From the IMG/VR virus record IMGVR_UViG_3300021197_001995, positions 32,001 through 96,000 of that record: 64,000 bases of DNA; one strand, 5' to 3'. This document shows positions 13,201-22,900 of the stretch, one piece after another (position 1 is the stretch's first letter; each line of letters begins with the position of its first letter). The stretch comes from a virus. Under the pieces are notes generated by a model. It saw nothing but the letters and a program-made list of their open reading frames with translations, did not search any database and was not told the DNA's origin. Position numbers and translations under genes: made by a program.

Positions 13201-15613
13201 GTCAACGGAAATTCTTTCTCTTACTCAGTCCCACGTTGGCAGTAATAGTACCGCCATCTCAGGAACAGGCAACATTGTTGCTGGAAAGGCTGAACCTAGC
13301 GGCTTCACAGGAGGATCATCTGGCCAAGAAGCGACAGGTTTCTTTGATGGATCAACCGTGCTTGTCGCAATGAACGGTCAAAACATTTTAGGAATAGCTC
13401 AACAATTGGTCATAGCCATTAACCATTCAAATGGCCACGGAAACACCCTCGCAGTCAGCCATTCCGGCAACGGTGGTGTCTTTTACATAACACAAGCAAC
13501 AGCAGGTTCAGCCGGCAACAAAACCATCACCGCAACTGGTGCGCTAAGTTCAAGAGTCTCGGGTCTAGTTGGAGGTGCCAACGCAACCACTGCACCTAAC
13601 CAGTTCTTGACACCTTCTAGCGCCACGAGGACTAACTCACATGGGTTTTTGCCTTATGTGCCACCATTTTTAGACCCCCAAACGTTCCCCTTTGCGGAGA
13701 TTTCGTTCACACCCACGGCAACTAGAACATATAGTGTCCCAGAAATAATCGAAGCTTCGACAATAACTTACAATAATGGCATACCGACATCAACAGCCGC
13801 CGGCAGCACTAATTATCAGAACTCCATGAACTTGTCTGCCAGCTTAGATCTCCGCGGCTCCGCTATTTTGAGGAGCGATAATGTGTCTTATAGGAGGCTT
13901 TCAAGCCCAAATAGTCGGGGCACCCTGACTGAGATGGTAAGAGACCCTGAATACGATCGCCCAAGGTGGATAATCCAGACAAAGTGGGAAGCTCCAGTTT
14001 TAGATTTTTCAAGCGCTGAAGTCAAAGCTCTAAAACTTAATGACAACACAGTCGCGACCGTTACAGGCTCTCCGTGGAAGCTAAGGTCGCAAGATAATTA
14101 CTATGAAGAAAAAGCACAATCATCAGTACCATATCTGACATCTTCTACTGGTATGTGGCACCAGTCAGGTTCTATCCCATCAGTCGACCAGGGATACTTC
14201 TTAGCTATATCTGGACCTCCTAACGAATCTACGACACAGGGAAACCTAGCCCGAAAGCTTGGATTTGTAAAAGACAACGCTGACAGTGATCAAAACGCGG
14301 CATTCGACCCTGATTCCGTAAAGAAGTTGGGGGTTATTGCAAAGGACAAGGAGGTCTGTGAAGCTGTAGTCGCAATTCCGTTCTTTAGCTCTGGCGATAA
14401 TACTGACATAGAGTTCTTTGAACTCAACGCAGCCGAATTACAAAAAGCCGGCCAGGCGAATACGGCCGCTCAAGAGAGACATGTGCAATTGCTGCACGAA
14501 AGGTCGGTAGCAGACCATGAAATACTTAAAGATAGCTATAAGGAGTTTTACGACAACCCGTCTAGCCCAACTGGAAGATTTAACATAGCATACCAACTTA
14601 GGATGATGGATAAGTTTATTCTCCCTCCTCATTTAGACTTTGTGAACAACCCCAGGATAAAGCCACACCTACAGTTTTTCTTTCAGTTCAAGGCAAAAAT
14701 AACACAAACTCAACTTAAGGATCTGTGGCAGAACGTTTATCCAGACTCGGATGTTGGCATTTTCAAGGCTCAACATTCTAGTATACGGCCAACCCAAGAG
14801 CAAGTGGAAAATTTTATAGAGACTTCTGATGTGGAGTTTTTATCCACCTATTTGGATGTCGATCCAATGATCGACTTTAAACAAATAGCCTCAAGTTTTC
14901 AAACGCCTGAAGACTTTATTGGAAACAAAGTTAGGTGGTTAATTTTTAAGGTAAAATACCGCGCAATGTCAGATTACACAGACCTAAAATTAAAGTCTCT
15001 GACCCCGTCCGGTGTTGTGGCAGACGTTTTACAGAGGAACGGACTAGTGGTTCGTAACGATAAAGTCCGCGCCGGCAAAGCTATTCAATTTAACTGGCCA
15101 TATGACTTCTTTTCTATTGTGGAATCTGCACAAATAGAAAGTAAAGTCGACTATTATTCAAAATTCGAAGTGGGCCAAACAGGTGCAGAATCTCCGTCGT
15201 CACAAGTGCAATCATTTGAAATGGTGACCTCAGAAGACGCTGTAGAAGAGTACACCACGCATGCTTCGGCCTACACATCTGCGGCCGCCTCTGGTGGTAC
15301 AGCCGGCGGTCAGTCGTCAACTCAGTATTATTCTCTGGTTGGATCAACAGAAGCGACAGAGGGTCTAGTTATACGACAGTTAATAAAATCAGACGAAGTC
15401 AATGCACCAAGCCCTGCAAACGTATATACGTTTACCGTGGACACAGGATATACAATGAAAACTAATTCAGAATCTATTTATGTTAACGGGGTATTGCAAG
15501 CAGAAGGTGCATCGAACGATTACACTATCAGTGGGAACACAATAACCTTCACTGAGAACATAGAAAATTCTTCCTCAATTTACATGACTTATTTGAAGCA
15601 GAAGAATAGCTAG
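4235..15613 (+). CDS. Giant (3792 aa) baseplate/adhesin protein with LamG-like domains and five inserted repeat domains
   Basis: Uninterrupted ORF; LamG/concanavalin motifs (EFWLQK, WHHYAF, YIDG, GSLDDFRFW); position after gp6 suggests a gp7-like role. Confidence 0.65.
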   Translation: MTDYSKEIRHLTSREREEFFKKKKVHFHNEKDRLLSSDLESDNEMKKYSELIKSFRPDVKAKHPGTFSFYGSAEQYYKDAIYNILNYYPFDGTKEEVLKWYLESPQIDVALLRQFWPTSVGHLDFKYSEYLPFYAGPQSIPEAEFLGKYTKGETALKIGGEKGNTAEFWLQKVDFNSDTAAQETIFHIGTHPGKKNASESANFKVYLSATASGNPFHLTYKSGTIGATDLQLNTKSLTRPAVADSKWHHYAFKITEENTKLIIKTYIDGQFDATTEHSMGSTMGTVDTYMAGALAANISDTTGNLSGSLDDFRFWKGARTEKQISKFYDKKVYASDTTKLNYDSQLGVHFSFNKKPVGVSDKDSLVLDSSGNDVLGRIKNYSTTCRRDTSAIDLHSASANTESPDPVLDYANPLVVALSEELEKIGKSYDKNNNKTLKTYLPDWTKKESKDSQSHKEFELLLQILATEFDAIKMKLDSVRKLSAPEYSEAFHLSDTQAEGTANVKIYSECGDSIYFNCADNDLDHDLIAGNEIDFSKKLLEDMGLELPNNLLLFLATPEEEAHSIVEKQTLERSIYETRQLMYKALANAYTFAGSRKGAESSYNSVLNSVALGNEVISTNIMGQNADLFVTDAKSDNISKDMKSISFAQNRDVTLFLDNTLSQDRTFLKADQEETEYTFEGTFIFPTKSSLEYDISSSSIFGLHQVAGTNGTLTTSSPDKASFQVFVDKENESSSSAKFTLKSSSGIISDISTDLIYSVYDNQPWNIALRIIKESDSKFMPQNASTVFKVQLLGHSYIGSELVESFKIESEITQAQFQNFRQSHKTVFIGAHRTNITGNLIDSSDIKVVDFNGWKAMLTDEELKLRAQNPERYGRNQSFISKDLQNNKSTARDLIFRMSPYALSDLDSENKVYLYDLSDGSVELKEKYGDLIGSRYNFKSTAFSSDLKNVIHQEFISVMENTPIQNLYGKDGIQIKSNDFNKFDVDSRPEIKIMSFEKSMYRSISKEMINFICGISSYNNLIGTPVNKYRKKYKLLDHLRGQFFEGVKNDNQFERYVKYYRWIDKTIGEFLEQLVPASMRSNTGIENVVESHTLERNKYDHKIVKINTKDLDLSTNLLSINELLYDWEHGHYSPTEADHCLWHRDRAPRATIRESYQKALTTVVTGSNHGSHFRNYALRNLVKPYKYAADKQLDLKVGSNRRANVIEDLYKIINEGKEITLKSEDVYEFKKCNDVLDPNEKKKFTAKVDVSGTSGYLDGDADLILPFSLFSSSAGIDFTDFQRGMMITNNHDDTATLQSPWIRENVGGMPHRRVKFNSLSKDANGKDKDRPEAYDINNVMTAATATFTFGDTEFDDTNNASITLTDAAGLSKTYVIRNDYGASSALEFNAGGNTNAAAENFIILVNSTNGHNGTIIAERTNGAITLTQATKGPYGNTAIAISNWNNITDVNAPSKFSGGTATLKVKANPRSQSMFHRDLGGARFYNIANIKTETSGSQTLTRGNYTKDYEIVQTMGRNINNSYLVDIEGAGLEGNYSPSSLLSGVVDFSTERNTPWPSMFTALAATATVKITAAPLEGEQITITSLQGTQKTYTVANSENLSARNFVKSTFKLTSLSLVSCINSSHGHDGEIVASYDNDTETINLTQSTPGKSGNVSVTHNLSNTTVVGFTNGRGVQGEEVYAPPARARREHVFVNRFSPIGTPETQGVYGRDRVSGEFSIYSTVNYRNRVHREVYDNLSQERSEQFGIRQNSTTQGSIHKTNRNLQRFTGSAETSELDYATATFTFGDTEFNDTNNASITLINGSGLSKTYVIKNDYGASAATEFNAGANVGVAAENFILLVNGANGHNGTITATRVGGKITLTQAHGGQEGNTAITASNWSSITDVDAPTAFRGGASRGSNADNFFVQHQMPQNDFGYSWITASANEDVYSFLGKNANHGHQHTFELSGLLKSSQTISFVDSSPISSGLDFIGLNSIAEKTLSTDTNLISTAPSVHLNSVLLNRQGPYGWPSWRQIRGGDHPVSRKLRSDNLFSITTRATTGGTSVFPESYPGNSFDLSLGTSAGSVSRIPEFPRRPYTNPREVSNYKEVMISNRFRPINFSIHLMSEDASVARGALNDIAFMNSRNTQELYQSSWFYDNFFESIGVSVDGTRSRPEDLPTFSSKFTIQNDLSKLANQELFDKIRLNESKFYNNANLQKLNLMINRVEGELSLPSILKEVNYVEKIYPREVNTFTSTARNRNLFDFFGWKTSRDSRSLILDGNLSYSGYYAVSDGGITNKLFPIITTANQQKEFISSYFDKVEFVDLNHIDSTADVASAGIHITSSKWVLDARATFTSLPTNVTASYFTSGSTWMSTRTQGTRGEGILQNDYSIFALGINNLYGAPPISPLYNRRMPQSYQDNEYLSGESLWSMGIDHKIGPFYDEYKEFSKESRIVGQQYSLVPEFTMSRYTEDLLNTLADNNSNFEQEIENIGDFLQVTGTTYHTSSQEFEIGSKFFKTYSTSDFLKYFADFDRNTQSNEFELSPFRLNLRCKAVKRFLPYRGFYPAERAVQLSEIFARCYLDDSSYTYEETPGALNLISTSAKIKNLLDLKIQNSRAQATKLLFGPGVLFNSIKTGIAVDYPIFSSSNGSFDANIINWSTQNNYVPLNDFSQISAGSITCVTGSLVNSTTDSGIPRIKGSVSRRVTFDDFLEPHKMFGEKIYDNEPHPSASLYYGSSLHFRTLERPFTFGGLNRDDTKRYNGVSFNNTTASFYRSMRPYSAAANNFASEAVDFFLEKGELQTLMSDPVEPLLTENVPYTMRVYLFNNQISMYDRHSAFGPPVHDGDINFTTYSVTTYPVAAIAAQGKIDFSDFVGIDAESALHNLQLTLTSTSGLSKTYKFNGGTAGTQALGSINFSHYAEALGADNVFDTTTVTMKSTSGSTVKTYVFTSTSSDGATGTVNGSSQVIVQTDGIVKLSDTVAQLEAAIAHSNGHNGKILTSYNSSTEILSLTQSHVGSNSTAISGTGNIVAGKAEPSGFTGGSSGQEATGFFDGSTVLVAMNGQNILGIAQQLVIAINHSNGHGNTLAVSHSGNGGVFYITQATAGSAGNKTITATGALSSRVSGLVGGANATTAPNQFLTPSSATRTNSHGFLPYVPPFLDPQTFPFAEISFTPTATRTYSVPEIIEASTITYNNGIPTSTAAGSTNYQNSMNLSASLDLRGSAILRSDNVSYRRLSSPNSRGTLTEMVRDPEYDRPRWIIQTKWEAPVLDFSSAEVKALKLNDNTVATVTGSPWKLRSQDNYYEEKAQSSVPYLTSSTGMWHQSGSIPSVDQGYFLAISGPPNESTTQGNLARKLGFVKDNADSDQNAAFDPDSVKKLGVIAKDKEVCEAVVAIPFFSSGDNTDIEFFELNAAELQKAGQANTAAQERHVQLLHERSVADHEILKDSYKEFYDNPSSPTGRFNIAYQLRMMDKFILPPHLDFVNNPRIKPHLQFFFQFKAKITQTQLKDLWQNVYPDSDVGIFKAQHSSIRPTQEQVENFIETSDVEFLSTYLDVDPMIDFKQIASSFQTPEDFIGNKVRWLIFKVKYRAMSDYTDLKLKSLTPSGVVADVLQRNGLVVRNDKVRAGKAIQFNWPYDFFSIVESAQIESKVDYYSKFEVGQTGAESPSSQVQSFEMVTSEDAVEEYTTHASAYTSAAASGGTAGGQSSTQYYSLVGSTEATEGLVIRQLIKSDEVNAPSPANVYTFTVDTGYTMKTNSESIYVNGVLQAEGASNDYTISGNTITFTENIENSSSIYMTYLKQKNS
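8261..9925 (+). repeat. Dispersed 351-bp duplicated domain (8261-8611 and 9575-9925)
   Basis: Gap-free manual alignment gives 85/117 identical residues. Confidence 0.9.
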
Positions 15614-15632
15614 AAAAGGAGACTGACAAAAA

Positions 15633-16466
15633 ATGGCATTTTTTGATCAAAAAGAAGAAGTGATGGACGTCGAGTTGACGCAATTTGGTAAAAATTGTTT
15701 GGCGAGGGGGGTGTTTAAGCCTGCCTATTATCAGTTCTTTGATGATGACATTTTATATAACTCAAGAAACGGAGGGTTTTCTGAGCACCAAAACGATTCA
15801 GAGGTGAGAATCTTGACAGAGACACCGAAATTGAAGACTCTGCACTTAACTTATTCTGTTAAAGAGCAATATAAAGTAGATGATCAATTGATTGTGGATC
15901 GTCTAAAACCTAGGTTTATGCCGCTTCGTCAAAACGTAGATCCGGACTTGCAAAGCAAAATCTTAATTTACCCAATGGCCGAACAAGAAGTTTCGTCCAA
16001 CGAATATCCGAGATTTTCAGTGGTATCAAATGATGCACCATTTACGCAAGCGACCATAACCTTCCTGACGTCATCACAAGTCATAAGAAAAGTTCCTCAG
16101 ATACAAGTAAATCCAAAATTTACAATAAGTAGGAGCAATTCTAACTCCATGCAAGAAAGGATAACAGAGGAAGACCACTATGATCTTATGTCTAACGAAA
16201 TAACTTTTTCAGATAACTCAAAAATAATTAAGACAGAAGAAAATTTTTTAATAGATCTGGAAGAGATAGGGTCTTTCCATGGCCTAGACAATTTTGAAGT
16301 AGAAATTTATGAAGTGCTGCAGAACGACGACCGTGAATTTCTATTGAGGATCGATGACCGGGACCAAATCAACACTCGATTCGAGATCAAAACAGATTCA
16401 GATGTCGAAGGCCTCAAAACCCAAAACGCGAAGCAAACAAATTATAGAAAAAGAGGGGAGGTTTAA
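15633..16466 (+). CDS. Baseplate-associated protein (paralogous N-terminus with 23247 ORF)
   Basis: SD AAGGAG; N-terminal DVELTQFGKNCLARGVF...DDDILY motif. Confidence 0.55.
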   Translation: MAFFDQKEEVMDVELTQFGKNCLARGVFKPAYYQFFDDDILYNSRNGGFSEHQNDSEVRILTETPKLKTLHLTYSVKEQYKVDDQLIVDRLKPRFMPLRQNVDPDLQSKILIYPMAEQEVSSNEYPRFSVVSNDAPFTQATITFLTSSQVIRKVPQIQVNPKFTISRSNSNSMQERITEEDHYDLMSNEITFSDNSKIIKTEENFLIDLEEIGSFHGLDNFEVEIYEVLQNDDREFLLRIDDRDQINTRFEIKTDSDVEGLKTQNAKQTNYRKRGEV

Positions 16467-16472
16467 AATCAG

Positions 16473-19400
16473 ATGGCAGAAACAGAAAATGACCCTGCGA
16501 CCTTAGATAACCAAAGGCAGGATGTCTATCCCGTATTAAAAACTAATCGCATCTTGTTGAGCCAACCCTCTTCTGGCGCACCCTCGTTAAAAATCCGCAT
16601 AGATTATTCCCTGAACCTTAAAAGGCCCCACTACAGCGGCACGGACGAGATAGTCTCTTTCATGAACAGTCCCGAAGGACGTAGAGACACTAAAGTAACC
16701 TTTTTAGTTGTAGATCAAAGAAGTGAATCTTTAGTAGCCGATCTAACAAATCCTTCAACCGTACGAAATACGTTGATGAACGCAACATCAGACGAGAGGT
16801 TCATACGTATTGTAAGAACAAACGGATATCAAAGAGTACCGCTCCGCGAGGCCTTGCTCCAGAACGCAGACCAGAGAAATTACACCACCGCAACCGAAAC
16901 GCGCCATGGGACACATTACGAGACTTATAGTACGCTAGAGTTTGAATACAATTTGAGTGACACTCTACAGGCCAACACCGATCTTTTTGATAATGATGGT
17001 TCACCCGCAGCGCTCTCTAGGCTTCACTTGCTAGGCTTTATAGAGACTCCTTTCATGACAGCCAATCAAACGCCGCCACCCGGAGTGGCAGAAGAATTGA
17101 TAACTATACCATTAACTGAATTAACTTATGATCTTTTGTTAAATCAATCATCGGACTACGTGACCGGCCGAACACTTTTGCGCCCACCGGTACAGAGAGA
17201 GATCTTTTACGTACAAGACGAGGATCCAAACTATTCAAGGATAAATCTTCGCCCATACTCTGGTCCGGCACATTATCACGGCCCATCGCTCCCAGCGCCC
17301 TCTGGGTATGTTGGTTGGATGGCTGGGCACATGTCCGACGCTATGGGTCCAAAGTTATCTGTGAGGTCAGTTCCAAATCACAAAGTGTTGGTTGACGCAC
17401 CGCCATGGAACTCTCAACCAATGTTGCCGGCCATTGGCCAACCGGGCATCACTGGGGAGACAGGCGGTCACCTTGAAGATTTTGTAAAGTCGATACTTAC
17501 AGAAAAACAGATTAATAACCCCGCCCAGCGAACAGCGGCTATGTTGCAAGCATCCATCTCAGCAGCTACAAGGAGCAGTCGAGCTTCTTTTGTTGAGCCT
17601 TGGTCTCGAAGACACACTTGGATAACGATGGATCAAAATGAAGACGACGACAATCTGGATAGTAGCTATAATAGCATAATCGGAGTTAAATTCCTGGAGA
17701 TTTTAGAACATCACTCCCCTTTTGGTGCCCTAATTTCTCACTTTAAGCGTATAGTAACAGAAGAAAGAGATCAACAAAGGCCTGATTTAATATTAGCTAA
17801 AACGATGCTAGAGAGATTCATGCAAAACAGTAGAATATTGGAAATGTCTATAATCAGAAGAAGATTGGACCAAAGACCCTACAACAATAATGATCAGGAC
17901 ACTAAAACTTACAACGACTTCGAAGAAAACCAAAAGAACAAAATCATAGTGCAAACGTATGACATGCCCGGCCAACCCGCTGATGCCATTTTCAAAACAG
18001 TTTTCCCAACGCGTTGGCATGCGTCTGAAATAGAAGAAGTTAGAATGGATTTTCAACCACCGGCCGCCACTCGACGCGGCCGCCAGGCGGTTTTGTCAGC
18101 TCGAGCCCTAACCTCTAATAGTTATGTCGAACTCGCCGACCTGTATTCCACGAGATCATTCTTGATTAGAGATTACGAACTGTTTTATAACCTAGATTAT
18201 GGCAAATACACATACGATATAGAAATGATAATATTAGATGGATCTAAATCACTAATAGATTCATTTACTCAAAACCTGCGAGACTCATCCCGTAGGTTGG
18301 AGGGTTTAATAGTCTCACTATCATCTCCGGTAATCCGTGACGAGGTCGGACGCCCAACAACCGGATATTATGATTATCACAGTAGGAAGTTTCACGAAGT
18401 CCCAGAAGAACTGCGAAATAACACTCGCCAAGCGGTCTTCGATTTGATCACTCATTCTCGCCACAGTATGGCTCTAATGACAGGCATCGACCCGTTCTCT
18501 TCAGACGACATTGTCAACATTGTAGCTGCAGCAGACCCGGGCCTGCCAACAACAACCCTCGATGGGTTGAATTATCTAATAACAGAATCAGAAAGGACAC
18601 TAAGTTCCTTGGAAAAAATTTTACAGGATACTTTTCTGGAATCTGCAGAAGCCGCTAGTAATAATACTGAGGAGGTTTATGTCCCAAACGCCACTGGAAA
18701 CGCCGCGCCTATCGTGCATGTAAGGTGCAACACTGGGGTTGTTCATGACGCATCTGATACATTGAAGATGTGTGCTGACTATGGTATTATCTCTAATCGA
18801 TTAGGGGACGACTCTCTGGGAAGGTTTATTCAATCGGCGCGCCTGCAGTCAGCTTCTGAGACCTTGAGAGAGGTACTTGAGAATTCCGACCTGGATCGTC
18901 CATCTCTCCCCGGGCAAGGCTATTCCGGCACCGCGCCAAGCTTGCAAAGAGTAGAAAACATGCTCCCAGACCTAATCGCCGCGGACGATAACTTTTTTAT
19001 GCCTATCGAATTCACAGTGCCAGAAGGAATACGAATAGAGGTCATACCTTCCGCGCCGATGCAGTTTACGAGGGAAAACCCGAGACTGGCATCAGACAGT
19101 TCGTCCAGCGCCAACGCTTACGCAACCACGTCGCAATCTAGAATCTCTATGAATAACCTAGGCCAATCCGCTCGCCGTAAGGCTCTCTCTTTTGGTTCAA
19201 GTGTTCCAGCCGGCCTCAACAAGCGATCGATAATTAAGATACGAAAAATAGATTTCGATTCCATGACGCCGGACCTTCGATCAGTGAAGGAGGCTAAAAT
19301 ACTAACAATGATGCAAGAAGACTCACATGTCATCGGCGCCGCCCTTAAATCGTCAGCCTTTGACGCCAGATTCCTATCCTCAACTGTGGGTGGTATGTCA

Positions 19401-19973
19401 AGCACATTTTCTGGATTCGACATTTCATCATCAAGCCGCGACATTACCGAAGCCGCGCTTAAGAGCGTGGCGATTGATTCGTCTCTTCTTTCAACCGGCT
19501 TAAAATCTGCGATAATGGATACTGCATTGGACGCAGAAACAGAAGATGACTTTCTGAGAAAGGTAGATGAAAACTATAAGGAACTCCTCGCAATAAAAAA
19601 CAATTTGAAAGGTCTATACACAGCGTTTAACAGATTAGTGTCTCTGACAAAGATTAGCTTACCAGCAGGCTTTGATAGAGAAAGATCGAAGAATTTGTTC
19701 GAAAATGGACCAGACACAAACTTTAAAAAGTCAGACTTGGAGATAGCACAATCACCTTTTAAACGCAAAGGAGCAAAGTTTGTAGAGTTTTCAGAGACGG
19801 GAGATGCCAAGATGTATGATTCAGTCACTGCATTAAAGAGAATCTCGGCTCTCCAAGGCGCGCCAACTATGAACGGAGAGATAAAAATGGTCAAACTATT
19901 TAAACTAGAACAAGTCGGAGCAAGAGATAACATACCAGGAGTAAACAATGCTTTGATGATGGAGTTGAACTAG
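16473..19973 (+). CDS. Large hypothetical protein, probably virion structural
   Basis: 1166-aa ORF with GGAGG SD inside the baseplate cluster; no recognised catalytic motif. Confidence 0.5.
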   Translation: MAETENDPATLDNQRQDVYPVLKTNRILLSQPSSGAPSLKIRIDYSLNLKRPHYSGTDEIVSFMNSPEGRRDTKVTFLVVDQRSESLVADLTNPSTVRNTLMNATSDERFIRIVRTNGYQRVPLREALLQNADQRNYTTATETRHGTHYETYSTLEFEYNLSDTLQANTDLFDNDGSPAALSRLHLLGFIETPFMTANQTPPPGVAEELITIPLTELTYDLLLNQSSDYVTGRTLLRPPVQREIFYVQDEDPNYSRINLRPYSGPAHYHGPSLPAPSGYVGWMAGHMSDAMGPKLSVRSVPNHKVLVDAPPWNSQPMLPAIGQPGITGETGGHLEDFVKSILTEKQINNPAQRTAAMLQASISAATRSSRASFVEPWSRRHTWITMDQNEDDDNLDSSYNSIIGVKFLEILEHHSPFGALISHFKRIVTEERDQQRPDLILAKTMLERFMQNSRILEMSIIRRRLDQRPYNNNDQDTKTYNDFEENQKNKIIVQTYDMPGQPADAIFKTVFPTRWHASEIEEVRMDFQPPAATRRGRQAVLSARALTSNSYVELADLYSTRSFLIRDYELFYNLDYGKYTYDIEMIILDGSKSLIDSFTQNLRDSSRRLEGLIVSLSSPVIRDEVGRPTTGYYDYHSRKFHEVPEELRNNTRQAVFDLITHSRHSMALMTGIDPFSSDDIVNIVAAADPGLPTTTLDGLNYLITESERTLSSLEKILQDTFLESAEAASNNTEEVYVPNATGNAAPIVHVRCNTGVVHDASDTLKMCADYGIISNRLGDDSLGRFIQSARLQSASETLREVLENSDLDRPSLPGQGYSGTAPSLQRVENMLPDLIAADDNFFMPIEFTVPEGIRIEVIPSAPMQFTRENPRLASDSSSSANAYATTSQSRISMNNLGQSARRKALSFGSSVPAGLNKRSIIKIRKIDFDSMTPDLRSVKEAKILTMMQEDSHVIGAALKSSAFDARFLSSTVGGMSSTFSGFDISSSSRDITEAALKSVAIDSSLLSTGLKSAIMDTALDAETEDDFLRKVDENYKELLAIKNNLKGLYTAFNRLVSLTKISLPAGFDRERSKNLFENGPDTNFKKSDLEIAQSPFKRKGAKFVEFSETGDAKMYDSVTALKRISALQGAPTMNGEIKMVKLFKLEQVGARDNIPGVNNALMMELN

Positions 19974-19976
19974 CAA

Positions 19977-22900
19977 ATGACTGAAGAATATAAAGATTTA
20001 TGCATAGAGATCCCTGACAATACCACTGACATCGCCGCGGCCAATGCTCCAACCGCACCATGGCGCCCGATGGAGTCAGCGGGTTATAGTGCTGCAGACT
20101 CACTAAGAGATCCTGCATCTGATTTTGAAGAAGCTGTCACTAGAAGAGAAATAGACAGAGGCTTAATACAGATTGGAAAGAGAGAAATAAAAATGTACCC
20201 ACAGCAGTTTGTGTATAATTTTCCGGAGTTTAATGCGCTCCCAAACCGCAGGTATTATCAGGTAGGCTTAAATAAACCATTCCTTCAGTCTACCGGTCTG
20301 ACAGTCCGACAGCCTCCATCGATGAATCCTGCAGATTACAAATCGACAGAGTCAATAAAAAATGTAATAAACCTGCAAGACCCTCTTAGATTTGTTTCGG
20401 GAAAAGTCTTTTCAGAGATCTCTGGCCGCAGACACATCCAAGTCGAACAAGAACAGTCACGGTTCTCAATCTTGAACAACAAAGCCCTGCCCAGCTTGGG
20501 CCGGCCAAATGAAGGAGACGAAGGAACCTATCCCCTTGCTGGCGAGCAAGACCCAGAGTTAGCTATCTATATCCCAATGCCCAACCGGGCCAACGCCGAC
20601 TGGGATTATGATGATTATACCCATTTTGCTTCTGTTGAGGTGACATGCCATCTCGAAGCACAGAGATATTACAGGCTGGAAGTGACACCGAATCAGGTAA
20701 ATTTTGCTGATTCTGAACCTCTTCAAGCCGGCCGCGAATACTTAAAAACATTAATACCATCCGAAGACAAGATCTTCGAAGACACACGATTCAAGACGCA
20801 TGCTGCGTTTCACAAGTCCGAGCTTGACCACATGGAAACGTTCCCGAAATTTTATGCGGAAGCCAAGGTTGTGACACCACTTCGCGATTCTCCTGCAGAG
20901 CAGAGATATGCTCACACGCAACCATTGTCAGAAAGACAAAGCGGCTATTATCAAGTGGAAAGCCCTGAGCGCAAAAACCTTAAAAACATATATGAAGGAT
21001 TTTTAAGTTCTTCTATCGCTCATGACGAAAGCTTCAGGAACAGGCTTATCAGCCAAGGCTATCGAGCAGACATCGTGTTGTACGATGCGGAGACATATGA
21101 CGACTGCGCGGAACAGGCAGTAGTGGAGAAATACCCTGCAAGTGAAATAGAGTTGATTGGGCGACTAAACAACCTTATTTTTTCAAACATAGAAGAAGAA
21201 GAGCCAGGAGATAGGAAGCGGTGGATAGACGTCAATTCTGATGGTTTTGTGGAACTTTCGTTTAGAATGCCAAACCCAGAAGAGTCTAATTGGGCACGCC
21301 ACTTCAAGGATAATTACGCAGACATTCCCTTCTTAACCATGTTGGACAACCTGCACAGCCGCAGACTACCAGACTCTCCGCCTATTTATGATACCTTGTA
21401 CGCGTACAATTTGGAAATGAGCGTGCTAGATGATCAATCTCCGAACGAGCAAGATGATTTCTACAGGGCCCCAGACCTAGAAAACCCATATTACAGCCCC
21501 AACGAAAAAACAGTATTTGAATACCGCCCAAGAAAAGTTGATCACGTCTTTACATACATGCGCGAATGGCTTTCATCTATCCTTCCGCGCAATCAATCTG
21601 CCGCCGGTCGCCGCGTCGCCCTGAATGATTATTTTTCCAAAAAAGGTTTCCCTCTTCTTTTTGATCGATCCGAAAGTACTTTTAGCGCGCCTGGAAGATC
21701 AGTACTGGCCAGGCGCCTACGTGAATCCCCCATGCACGCCCTCGCCGACCTTGATGGTTCTATGTATCCCTCTCGCTCTAACAACTTCACTTTCAATAAT
21801 TCAGCGATGCATCCTAGAAAGATCTTCACAGAAGAGTCGTGCCCGTCTGAAATTTTAGCATTCAGGGTGGAGAAGATTAATACGTTTTCCGGCCAGGTTT
21901 TAAAAGAATTCTATTTTTTTAATAACCCTGAAACGACCGACTTTACGTTCATTGACAATGAAGTCTCTATAGGGGGTAAATACAAGTATAACATTTACGC
22001 CATCAACCTCGTCGCCGGCGTAAAGTACCAGTACTCGAATCCGTCCACAGATAACTCCGGTCTCGCCCGCGTCATTCAAGACACAGGCAGGATCAATCCA
22101 GACATAGAGTTTAAACTTAAGATCTTTCCTCATCACAAGATTGTAGAAACGCCCTATTTTTCTCAAGATGTTACATTTGTGGATCTGCCCCCTGTTCACC
22201 CTAGCGTTAGTCTCCATAAGATGACATCCGGCGCCAATACGGATACCTCGTTCAGATATTTGTTTTCTCCGAGAATTGACCACACCGCAGAGGTGCCAAT
22301 ATCACTAAGATCAGGGGACCAAGAATTAATTTCAAGTATGATCCAAGCCCAATCTTCTGTTTCAATTTCTGATTTAGAACCAGGCGCGGTGAGATATTCT
22401 TCTGACACAAAACCTACTCACTATGAAATGTTTGTTCTAGACGAGGCGCCAATTGGATATAGCGATTTTCAAAACGCCGATTATTATGAAACTACGGCCG
22501 ACGCTCCGTATTTTAACTTCATAGCACCAGAAAATCAAGACAGATACCTTGTTTTCAGAACAAGGGATCTCGGGGGTATCTCCAACCCGGGCCCAATGTT
22601 TAGGTTCAGGTTCAACAAATACGGCGACGGATCATACCACGAATTTGAAATTTACGAGCCGGTCGACACATCAGCACTGGATCCGCTTACGTGCGAACGG
22701 TACTTGAGTATAAGGCCATCGTCGATCCAATCTTCATACGATTTCGGTCTCGGACAACAACCAAGTCAGGATGATCTAAGGATCCTCCTGGGCACTGCTC
22801 CTGAAATAGATTCTGTTTCTATTGGCCTGGCACCAGAACAATCATCAATTTGGGGAAAGAGATACAAAATAAGGTTGAAATCGAGAGCGACAGGAAGGAT

